A stretch of DNA of 64,000 bases from NCBI GenBank assembly GCA_031835245.2, contig JAVKOQ020000060.1, positions 62,001 through 126,000 on the forward strand, in the 5' to 3' direction. Below the pieces are notes generated by a model, which saw only the letters and a program-made list of their open reading frames with translations, was not told the DNA's origin and searched no databases. Position numbers and translations under genes: made by a program. This DNA comes from Balamuthia mandrillaris (lineage: Eukaryota). This document shows positions 39,174-50,573 of this stretch, in pieces. The first letter of the stretch is position 1, and each line of letters opens with the position of its first letter.

Positions 39174-39257
39174 TTACAGCACTTTGTCAGCCTTTCCATA
39201 ATAGCGATTGACATACGCTGACTATTATTATAGTAAAGTGGATTAGTGTTATGCTTT

Positions 39258-39295
<38 letters not shown>

Positions 39296-39313
39296 CTTTT
39301 CTATGTTTCTTAT

Positions 39314-39364
<51 letters not shown>

Positions 39365-41335
39365 CTTCACTTGAACAAACCTTGCAAGCAGTAATGTCAG
39401 GAAAAGTGTTCTTTGGGTAAAACTTGTAGATCTTCATCTCGTCCAACGCCTTTTTCTCCTCTGGAGAGAGGCTGTCCAGTTTCCTCTTGCGCTCCTCTCG
39501 CTCCTCCTTGATGGCTCTCTTTCGCTCGTTGACAGAGGTGCGAATGGCCTCCTTGAGCGGCGCTGCGTGCGTCTTCTCGTCGAGGGAGTGATCTTTCAAG
39601 AACTCTGGAATGAATTCCTGCATTTATTTGTTAGTAAACAAAGGGTTTGTCGGACAGAAAACAAAGAAAGGAAAGAAAAACGAAGCGAAAAGATAGAAAC
39701 GATGTGATCACTTGATGTGATTCTAACAAGAGAAAGAAAAAGCGAGTTGGGTACCTCCAAATCATCCATCTCCCAATCAAACGTGAAGGAGAGCGCTCTG
39801 GACTGACCTCCTTCCTCGATGGTGTAGGTGCAGGGTACTTCTGTGTCAACAACGAGCTCCGGTTGAGCGCGCGGCAAGAAGATGTAGGGCAGCGCGTACT
39901 CAAAGCGCTTCAGCTGCTCCGTTTTGAGGCGTTTCAGGGCGGTTCTTCTTTGTACTGTTTTGAGGAAGAAGATTGCTGGCTCGAATTGACTTGGATCAAT
40001 CCTGTTGGTTTGTATAGATTTTGTTATTTATAAATAAAGTTGAGTAGTAGAGAGGAAAAGTAGCAGAGAGAGAGAGAGAGAAAGAGAGAGCACCTCCAAG
40101 CAACAGTGGGAACGTAAGGCACCCAATCCATCTTGAGCTCTTTCATGGGAACAAACTCCTCGACCTCCTTTTGAACGGATTTAAGACCAAGCTGAGACGG
40201 CGGAGGAAGGCTAGAGACGATGGCCACCAATACGGGAATTGGGACAACCACTTCCTTCTCTTTGCCTTCTGGATCCAACTGAACCAGTTGAGCTGTGCAG
40301 TCGAAGATAGATATAGAAAAATGTGAGAAAAGAAATAAAGAAAAAACAACGTATAAAAAGTTGAGGAAAACAACACAAAAAAAAGGGGATGAGTCATATA
40401 CGTTCAGTCGTGCCAAAGACGTAAACGGGATTGTGCTGTCCTTCTTCCATGAGGAAGCCGTCATCTTCAATGGCCTCCTTAAAGTGCTCAAAGTCCCATT
40501 TGACCCTAAAGGCCTCCTCGTAGCTGTCCCACTCCGTGCCTACCAGATAGATCTGCTTCCAGACGTCCCAATACTCTTCCTCCTCCTTTTGTGCTTCCTC
40601 TCTCCTCTTCTTCTCTTCTGCTCTCTGTTTTTTCGTGGCTGCCGATTTTCTTTGGGGAGGAACCTTGGAAGCTTTGGAAGAGGAGGCAGTAGCTTTCTTC
40701 CTTCCTCGACCAGCAGGAGTGGCTGCCTTCTTTGATGCTGTGCTCTTGCTCGCTGTGGCTTTCTTGGAGGCCGCTGGCTTACGAGAAGTTGTTTTGGTTT
40801 TTTCTGTCTCTTTCTTGGTAGCTTTCGACGCAGCCGCTTTGCCTTTCTTCTTTGGCTTTTCTTCTTTCTCTTCTTCTTCTTCCTCCTCCTCCTCCTCCTC
40901 CTCCTCCTCTGCTTCTCCCTGTTCTGCTTCTTCCTCTTCTGCTTCTACCTCTTTCTTCTTCGCTTCTGCTTCCGGTTTTGTGGCTGTCTCCTCCTCTTCA
41001 TCGCTTTCCTCGTTGTACTTGAGAATGGCGTTGATGTAGTCCGCCTTCTTGGCGTTGCTTTTCACCGGAAGCTCCTCCCCGAGGCAGTAGCTGCGCAGCA
41101 CCTTGATCGGGTACTGGTCCAAACGGTCCAGATCGAGGTCCACCTCCTCCTCCTGCTTTGTTGGAGGAGGGGCAGGCTTGGCTTTCTTCGTGGAGGCCGC
41201 GGCGGCACCCGTCTTTCTGCGCTTGCTTGTCTGCGAGCCATTTTCGGTGGCAGGATCTTTGGGGTCGCCCATTTCTTCGTTTTCGGCGGCTTTCTTGCCG
41301 GCAGCCCCCCTCTTTCTCTTTGTTCCGCTGCTCAT
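39174..41335 (-). CDS. HEAT INTOLERANT 4 (HIT4)-like nuclear protein with SAP-like motif
   Basis: 'WKQIYLVGTEWD..KWDFEHF', 'VYVFGTTE|PQL', 'PPPSQLGLKSVQKEVEEFVPMKELKMDWVPYVP', 'IYKFYP', 'VNRYYGKADKVL*' match the plant HIT4 motifs as recalled. Confidence 0.82.
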
Positions 41336-42098
41336 TCTTTTGTTTTTAACACACACACAATAGAAACAACAAAAATCGTAGTGAGTGATCATTCATTATA
41401 AGAGCGAGAGAGTGAGATCAGAGAGATCCTATCCATCCTCCCGTGACTATTTTTTTTTTTTAAAGGGAGTGGTGAAACGGAAGAAGAGAGGGGGGAAGAC
41501 AACGAACCGCACCTGGTTTTTTTTTTTTTGTCGCTTGATCAAGCACTGATATGAACGCTCACCGCACACAATCAACGGAGAGTGGCTATTTTTTATTTTT
41601 CTTCCCTTCTTCTTCTTCCGTTTTTCGTTTTGGGCGGGAATGCAGGGGCTATATTTTTTTGTCGACCCCGTCGAACGACGAAAAACACGGGCTGCGGCCG
41701 AAAAGCGTCCAGAAGATTTCGCTCGAGGTTCTGGGATGTTTGGGGGGGACAACTCTTCTTGGAAGAATGTGCCGGTTCGATTCGTGGCGGCTTTGTAACG
41801 GACAGAAGGCCGAAGCAGCGGGAAAATAAAATGAACATTTCTCTCCAATTTAGAAAAAAAAAATAAAACAAAAAATGAACAAAAGAAATAAAGAAAATAA
41901 ATAAAGAAACGAAAACAAACAAAAACAAAGACAAAAAATAAATAAAAGAATAAGAAAAATAAATAAAAATAAAAAGAAAACGAAAACAAAGAAAAAGAAT
42001 AAAAAGAATAAAGAAAAAAAGACACACCTGTATTAATAACAAAGCAAAAATTCTCAACAAAAATAAACAACGAAAGCTTTATGCACAAGAATACATCA

Positions 42099-42898
42099 CT
42101 AGGTACGTTTTGCAGGGCTGTAAGGCACTTTTAAGGCCGTGGCCTGCACGTCCACAAAGTTTTCCGGCTTCTGGTAAAAGTCTCCCTGCTGGGTGCCTTT
42201 GGTGTTCCAGATGAGGAAGAAGCGGGTGACGATGTGGTCCTCCTGCTCCACCACGTAGTTCCCGCAGTAGTGGCCGTGGTGCTTGTTGATGCGGTCCTGG
42301 TAGTTGATGACCTCGCACATGGCCATCATGCCCAACTCGTTTGTGCCGAGTTGACTCTTGGGCCATCCCTGTTATCGTTTATTTTGTCACGTCAGAAAAA
42401 AAAGCAACGAAGAAAAGCAAGAAGAAAGAAGATAGCAATAAGATAGAAAGAAGAAAGAAGAAAGAAACGAACCACTCCCCAACCCATGTATCCCATGGAG
42501 AGTCCTGAATTAGGAGCAAGATAGATGCCAGGTCCGTTCACAGCGCCATGCAACTGCTGCGCACTATTGCTAAGGTTTTTAAGACCTGTTCGCAGGATGG
42601 AATGCCAGTTTCCGATGGGGCTGGCATCTGAATAATAAAGAAAGAATAATAAGAACTATAAAACAAAAAGACAAGAAAATAATAATAATATGGGGGTGCT
42701 TACGAAAGGCGTAAAATGAACCATGCTCGTTCTTTAATTCTTGGAACCTCCGTTCTCTGTCCACTGGAGCATTCAACAGGACATATTGATGACTCGTTTG
42801 TAGTTCCGTTATTTGCTGTTTGTTGAAATAAAAAAGGTTGAGGTCATAAGAACGAGAACGAGAACGAGAACGAGAACGAGAACGAGAACGAGAACGAG

Positions 42899-42950
<52 letters not shown>

Positions 42951-44925
42951 TGATCTAACCTTTTTTGTAGGAATTTTTTTGAGGTGAGAGCGATTGCTGG
43001 TAAGGATCCACCGAAGCAAAGGATAGAGCAGAGGGTGACGAGCGTCTAAAGCCGCCTTTAGAGTGGTGTTATCAGAGGCATATTTGCTCATATTGGTGAC
43101 AGACGGAAACAAGTCCAAAACTTTTTGCTGCAAAGAATAACAAAAGAAGAGTGCATGCAGTAGAAGAAAAGAAAACGTTAATAAATATAAAGATAAAGAT
43201 AATAAAGATAGAAATACAAACCAATAACTCCCAATTTCTCTGCTCCGCTCCACCACTTTGGTGGCAAAAGCTTAGCACCTCTCCATCCTTTAGTCGCACT
43301 TCAACACCGCTTGGAAATGGGTTGAAGAACTGGTCTCTTCTGGCTCCATTCGCTCCGGAGTAGGTAAGGTTTATCAACAGGTCGACCACGTCGGGTTGCT
43401 CGCGCAGTTCCGTGGCTACATCCACTCCCAAACCAAAGCTTTCGTAGGAGTATAGGCATAGTGCTTTTTCGTATAAAATAAGAAGATGAGGTACAACAGA
43501 AAGAGGAGAAGGAAAAGCGATGAGACAAAGAGAAAAGAAAACGAACCAGCGTTGCATACAGTTGGTTTAAGTCCTTCAAAGTCCAGAGGTTTATCACATA
43601 TAACACAGTGCGCAGTACACTTGCGAATACAGCGCTCCAAGTACTGCAATGCTTGACATATTACTTTCACACCACTCCCAATAGAAACTGTTTAAAAAGG
43701 GTAAAACAGTTGGTACAATGAAAGAAAGAAAGAGAGAGAGAGAAAGAGAGAGATAGAGATAGAGAAAGGTTAAGAAACACACCATCGCAATTGTTGGACA
43801 CGGCTAACCCGTCCTCCATAAACACAGTTTTGGGACGATATGTCGTCAACAGGTCAAGCAGCTCCTCCACGTGCTCCATTGAAGGTTCTACGCCCTTTCG
43901 TTGCTTCATTCTCGTCGCACATTTACGAACCAATTGTTCCCCAAAGCCCATCTCTCGGCACGCTACAAGTAGTTGCTTGTCAACAACAATTTGTTGCCGT
44001 TCTTTTTGTTCCGTTTCTTTCTGTTTGCTGTCTTTTTGTTGGGAGAAGAACTTGGCAAGAATGACGGAATGCTTTTTGGGCGAAACAGAAGCTTCTGGTT
44101 GTTGCTGCCCCACGTCGTCTTTCGTTTGTTGTTTGAGGGGGTTGAAGCGCGTGTTCTTTGACCTTCTCCTCGACTTCCTCTTTCGACCTATACTTATTTC
44201 ATCTTCCCATTCACGAAGCTTTTCGATATAAAGAAAAGATAACCAACGTTAGCCAGCATGTAACAACAAATAAGCACCAAAGAACGAAAGTAAGAAAAGA
44301 AGCAAACAACAACACAAAAAAATAAATAACACAATAGCTATACGAACGATGGATTCTCGCCGCTCAATCGAAACCGAGAAGAATTCCTGCAAACGTGTAC
44401 TAAGCTGCCATCCCAAACCAAAGCTCTGTGTATCCACCTGTTCTTCTTCAGTTGCTTCCTCCTCCTCTTTCTCTTTTTCTTTCTTCCGTTTTTGTTTTTT
44501 GTCTCCTCTTTTTCTGTCTCTTTCGTTTCTGATACGCTCTACCTGAGAGACTCTCGCTCTATGAGGAACAGCTGCTTCATCGTTGGAGAACTGAAAGGGC
44601 GCTTTGAAGGCCAACTCTACCACTATCTTCTTGTTGTGTGCCACCCCCAATGCTCTGGCCTCTCTGTGTCCCACAAATAAAGAGGGCTCGAAGTAGACGC
44701 GAATGAACCCTTCTGCAGCTACGCTCAATACCTTTTGCAGAAGATGAGGAAATAAGAAGATAGAACAGAAAAGAAGACTGAGATAGAGAGAGTCTTACGT
44801 CCACGTCAATGACACCACCAAACCATTCTTGTACGACCTCTGCAATTGCCCTCAATTCTTCTAATGGGACCTCTTCTTCAGGTATGTCTTCTGACTGTAG
44901 CAATAGTATATACCAAATAAGAAGC

Positions 44926-44971
<46 letters not shown>

Positions 44972-45852
44972 CAAATAGTTATCTTCACTGCTTGCAAGGG
45001 AGTCAGCAGGCTGAGGCTGTTACAATGGCAGGTTGGCCATAAAGTAAGCGGAGATGGAGGGAGAGAGAAGAGCATTACCTGACAACTTTCGCGGCTGTTT
45101 GCCAGAGAGTCAAAGGAGCGGGCCAATACGTTGCTGCGCGTGGCTGCTTCGTTCTCGTCCTTCTTTGGTGGGAAAATATCTGCATCCCACAGAACACGCT
45201 AAGGCATCAGAATAGAGGCTGAAGGGAAGCGAAGGAAGAAGAAGCAAGAAGCAGGAAGAAGAAGCAGAAGAAGCAGAAGAAGAAAAAGAACAAGAAGAAA
45301 AAGAAACGAACAAGAACAAGAACAAGAAGAACAAAGAACGAATAAGGAGGAGAAGAAGAACAAGAACAAGAACAAGAAGAAGAACAAGAGGAAGAAGCAG
45401 AAGCAGAAGAACCAATGCACAAGCGCTCAAAGACAGCCAGCAATTCAGTGTCTTCCTTGTCAGTGTCGCAAACTTTATAGGCCTTGACCTTGCCGTCCGG
45501 TTGGTAGACCAAGTACTCTCCGTTCTTCAGGTCGTCTGGTAGTCTCATGGTCACTTCCACCGCCGCCTCCTCCTTCTTTGTTCTCACCGTGAATGACAAG
45601 ATCTGTTCATCCCGTTCCATCTCTGTTTGTTTCAAACGTTGTTGTCAACCATCTCCTCTTCAAAGGGAGGGAGAAAGAAAGCCCAAAAAGGGGTGTGAAA
45701 GACGAACCGATCAACTGCACTTTTTCAGTTTGTTGTTGGCACGATGTTGATGTGGTACCATCAGAGTCATCTTGCTCCACCACCACCTGAAAGCGTTGTT
45801 TGAGCTGCTTGATCTGCTCTGCCACCTTCTTCCTCTGCGAAGAACTGGCCAT
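42099..45852 (-). CDS. PARP6/PARP8-like mono-ADP-ribosyltransferase
   Basis: 'HCVICDKPL..LKPTVC..LCLYSYESFGLG', 'F|HASPIGNWHSILRTGL', 'HGAVNGPGIYL', 'MAMCEVI', 'YVVEQEDHIVTRFF'. Confidence 0.87.
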
Positions 45853-46044
45853 TCCTTTTCTCTCTTTGTTGTTTTGTTCTCGTAAAGGTTTTTTTTTTTA
45901 AAAAACACACACAAACTCTAATCTTCCCAGCAAGAAATAAGTTTAACTGAATTCTTTTTTTATTTTTTTTTTGATTCAACTCATCTTCAAAGCTGATGAT
46001 GATGAAACACTGAAAACTAATCGGTAATCGTTGTGCGGGTTTCT

Positions 46045-46997
46045 TTACAAAGTAATGGTGACCTTCTCTCCGGGTTTAAACGGAGGCAGTCCTTTGTAGG
46101 GACAGCCGGAGCACCGAAACGCATCCCCCAGGTAGCACGAGCCGCAGGAGGACTTGGGTTGGGCCTGTGGGGGTTGCGGTTGTCCGGCCGCCTCCTCGTC
46201 GGCTCTGCCGCAGGTGCAGTCTTTGCAGGCCTTGCGTTTGCCCCCTTTGCCCACCTCGCAGTCGTCCCGTTTGACCCCGGTGGCAGCGGAGGGCGTGATG
46301 AGGTCTTCTGCCTCGAGAAGGGAGCTTTCATCGATGAGCGAAGAAGAAGGTGCAGCAATGTCATCGACAGAGATCTTCCACACAGCGTTGGAAGAGGTGG
46401 AAGAAGAGGGAGTGGTCAAGTCCTCCTCCAACATGTCATCCCCGGAAAGTTTCCATACGTTGTTGTTGCTGCTGGTGGAAGAAGTAGAAGAAGTAGTAGA
46501 AGAGGAAGAGGGGGAGGTTGTTTTCTTGTGCTTCAAGCTGGCTTTGGCGCCAATGCTAAAGTTGGGCTTGGTGGCGATGACCTGTTTGTGGTCGCTGGCG
46601 AACCGCTTCTCTATGAAGCCGGCCAGCGTTAGCGCGGAGCTCAGTTCTTGCTCCGTCTGTTTGATCAAAAGGGGAGGAGAGAGTAAGATCAGATTGGATT
46701 CCTCACAAAAAGCAAGAAGAAAAAAAAAGGTACCTTGTCTGTGTTGTGAAGAACGAGAGAGCCGCCAGGTTTCAACACGCGGGCAAGCTGCGACAGGAAA
46801 GCTTCGCCGTCGTGAGGAGCGCCGCTCGTGACGACCACAAAATCAAAGCTGGCCTCCGTTGGGGGTGGTGGCTGCTCAGCGAGGACAACGGCGCCGGTCT
46901 CCCCGACGGCCTGCTGGATGGGCTCTATTTCCTCCGCCACGTTGGCTGCTTGCACGGGGCCAGTGAGGTACAGCACTCGGGCGCCTTGGGTCCACAT
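46045..46997 (-). CDS. DRE2: Anamorsin/Dre2 (cytosolic Fe-S assembly)
   Basis: Methyltransferase-like N-terminus 'LARVLKPGG'; 'DC...[10 protein letters not shown]', '[31 protein letters not shown]'. Confidence 0.95.
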
Positions 46998-48056
46998 CTC
47001 TTCTCTCTCTTCCTTGTGGTGTGTGCGTGTGGTTTGGTTTTGCTTTGTTGTTGTCTTTTTGTCTTTTTGGGCTATTTCGGATAATTTTTTTCAATTCCCC
47101 CTCAGGCATAACTTGATTTGGAAAAGTTAAGGATGATTACATCATGTCGTCCCTAGGATGCTTTCGTGACGTCAGAATATGTCGACAAAAAAGACCACCA
47201 CACAGGGGGACGAATATTGAAGTGTGACGACCTGAGAATACCAGCCTCAGCCTCAGCCCCAGCCCCCTCTGATGGGTATTGTCTGGGATTGGGTCTCGTC
47301 CTGTTTCTCACTTACCTGCACCGCAGGGTGGTTGGGGTTGAAAAAGTAGTGAAATAAAACTATAACAAGCTGGGTTCCGTTGCAAACAAAAAGTAAAAAC
47401 ACAGGAAAGGCTGGTGCACAAACTTTTAAAGAAACCACAAAGCAACAAGGTGATGGTTGAAAAAGAATGAATAAATGGAAAAAAAACCACCACTTTTTTG
47501 AGCTATATAAACAGAAAAAAAATTCAAAAAAGTAGGCTACACCTCAACACGATAAAATGGAAGCATCCGAACCCAAACACACGCAAGGGAATTTAAAACG
47601 ATGGTACCAAATCTCTTCCTGCTGCGAAGAATCCCTTTGTTGGTGGGGGTCAGTTCATCTTCAGCGCTGGTTGCTGCGGCCGTAGCTGGTGTCGATGCTT
47701 GCTACTTCGAAAAGTTAAAAAAATAAAAAATAACACCGTTCGTCGGATGTTTGCCAGTGCAAATGGAGGCTGACTTTGAAGCATCTTGCGCGCTGGCAGA
47801 CACTTTCGATGGTGAATGAACCCCAGCGGTACCCGCCTTACCCCACTCCAAGCAGAACAAAGAAGCAGCATAAACCGACGAAGGAATCAGTGCTTAAAGA
47901 CTGGGATGAGAGGTTGAACCACAACCCACCATCACGGACGCTCTGAAAAAAATCGCCAACGCTCTTCGCTCGTTCTGCAAATCATACAGGAGAGAGAAGA
48001 GAGAATAACGTTTGAGCAAAAGAAGGACGAGCTTTGTTTTGTTTTGTTTTGGTTGT

Positions 48057-49254
48057 TTACGTGGAAGATTGTGTTGTTGAAACGGATTCAGTGGTTTGTT
48101 GTTGTTCGGTACAGGGAATGGAGAGTAAGCTTGAAAGAGGAGGCATTCGCTCCTCTTCGGGCAGAATGGAAGAAAGTTGGTCGGCCTTTGCTATCACTCC
48201 TTCCAACAACGTCTTTGTGGTCTCCAATTGCTTTTTCACAGTGTACACTACATTATAATTGTGTTGTCATTGAGTGTTACAGAGTCCGGCAAACTAAACA
48301 AGAGGAGCAGATCACAATAGTTACCTTCTTTCATTTGGGTTTCCAGTACTTTAATGTCTCGTTGATGCTGTATCAAGCGTTGTAACGCTTCCATTGTTTG
48401 TTGTTCCTTCGCTTTCACTATTTCTCCTAAAGCTCGCTATTGGGGTTTTAATCTTAGTCATGAGACGAAAAAGGGCGAGGTAAGAGAAACAGCAACCTGT
48501 TCGTTGGCTAAAACAATTCCAGTCTCGCGACAGAACCGTTGGTAGTCGCTGCACATCATAAGCAAAGCCTTTGAATCCAGGCTCGCTAGAATAATAACAA
48601 TGCAAGAGAGAATACAAACGCAAAGCAAAGGAAGGATAAGAAGAAGTAGCAGAAGGAGAGAAGAAGAAAAGGGTAAGTTGAATGAGAAGTGAAAAAAGCA
48701 CAAAGAGCAAGAAAGAAAAAGACGTACAAACGGTCTTCTCACTGGAAAAAGGCCCTGTGGGTTGTATCAAGGGGCCAAACTGGAGGGAGAAAAAACATTG
48801 TAAGAGCGTTCACCACTCTCCTCTACAGAGCACCAAAGTCTAAACAAAGGTCATACCTTGGGCAGCGTCTCCAGCCATTGAAGCTCAGGTTCTAGATTCT
48901 CAGTGTAGGTTTCTTGTTGTTTGATGGTGATGATCTCATCCACCGGCTGCTCGTTCGTTGACTTGCTCTCTTCCTGCGGGCTTGTTGTGGCAGCCTCGCC
49001 TTGTTTACCTTTACCAGCGGTTTCAGGTTTTCTCTCCACAGAATAACTCGTGTAAGGAATGCTATCGACAGACGCCTCATCGAGCACCTGCACGCGCGTT
49101 TTCTGAGTTTGCCCTTGTGCTCCTCGCTTCGTTCTTCCTCCTCCTGCTTTGCTACTGTCGTTACCCTTTTGTTTTTCAAAAAAAAAAAAAAAACAACAAC
49201 AACAACAAAATCAGTGAGAAGCCCCTCTTCGAATGGGTTATGTTGGCCTACCAT
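48057..49254 (-). CDS. BORCS5: BORC subunit 5 (myrlysin/LOH12CR1)-like
   Basis: Spliced N-terminus M|GNDSSK (myristoylation-type), 'EPELQWLETLPK|FGPLI', 'LDSKALLMMCSDYQ..LANEQ', 'LSSILPEEERMPP'. Confidence 0.7.
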
Positions 49255-49518
49255 ATCTTTGCGTTCTTCTATCTTCTTTCTACTTTGTTGGTATCTTCGC
49301 TTCGTATCCTAATATGTTGACTGACTTTTCTGTTAGCTTGAGATTCGATCAGTACATTAATCTGTTATTTTTTGATTGTTGCTTGGTGCTTTGAAAGTTT
49401 CTGTTTTTTGATTTTTAATTGGCAATCAGTAATTCTACCGATCTTTGGCATGACGTCATTTAGTTTCTCACGTCGCCAAAAAAAAAAAAAGAAAAAAGAA
49501 AAGAGAAGAAAGAAAAAA

Positions 49519-50082
49519 ATGCAGGCGATAGAGGCAGAAGGGGACATGACGAGCTCCAAGTACATGCGTGTGGTGCTGGTGCCAGTGGGCGACATCTCTG
49601 AGAGCAAGTTCTGGCAGTATGCAAACCTCGTGCAGACGTTCTCCTGTTTGCCTCTCAATCAGATGACTCCCAAAGAAAACTGTACCTTTTTTATTTGCTA
49701 CTCTTTTCTTCTTTTTTCTTTCTTCTTTCTTCTTTCTTCTTTCTTCTTTCTTCTTTCTTCTTTCTTCTTTCTTCTTTCTTCTTTCTTCTTTCTTCTTTCT
49801 TCTTTCTTCTAACAAGAGGAGTGAACTAGCAACTGTGTTTACGCGGCAGTCATGGCAGGAAGGAAAGGTCTACCTTGAGTTTATGGATGGTAGGGCTGCT
49901 CATCGAAGTGACTGGGAAGACTTTCAGGCCAACCGCAAAATCCTTGGCGTACATATCCTCTCCACGTTCTCGTCTCTCTTCTGTCTTCTGCATTCTCTCT
50001 CTCTCTCTCTCTCTCATCTCGTTCTTTCCTTCTTCTCTCCTGTCTGTTGTTTCTCTTCTGCATTCTCTTTCTATCAATATCT

Positions 50083-50119
<37 letters not shown>

Positions 50120-50531
50120 GTCTCTTTAGTTTTCATTTCCTCGATTCTATTTGGTCGTTTTCTCTTTTCTTCTCCTCTCTTTCCGTATTTCGTTGCTGTG
50201 CCCAACACAAAATCCCAACACAGATGATAGGCATCCTTCACTGTCCAAGTTACTCTGACCTCAGCAAAGCATGTGGTGAGTTTGAAGGGCTACAGAAGCA
50301 ACATCCAACAGCAGTGGCCACAACGTGCTTTGCATTCGAGCCGAGAGACGATCAACCTGACTTTGCCAGAAACGTGAATCTCATCATGATACCTCGCAGC
50401 GACAAGAAGCACCTTTTGTTCTACCTCAACACTCTTCTTCTTGACTTTGCTGAGACTTTACTCAAAGAGCTGGAAAATATGGTATTAGTTTACTTTCTTT
50501 TCCTTCTCTTCATAGTACATGTTTATTTTTC

Positions 50532-50573
<42 letters not shown>

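Noticed and set aside
47310..47318. ACTTACCTG resembling the U1 snRNA 5' end
   Set aside because: No downstream U1 stem-loops or Sm site; better explained as a minus-strand 5' splice site.
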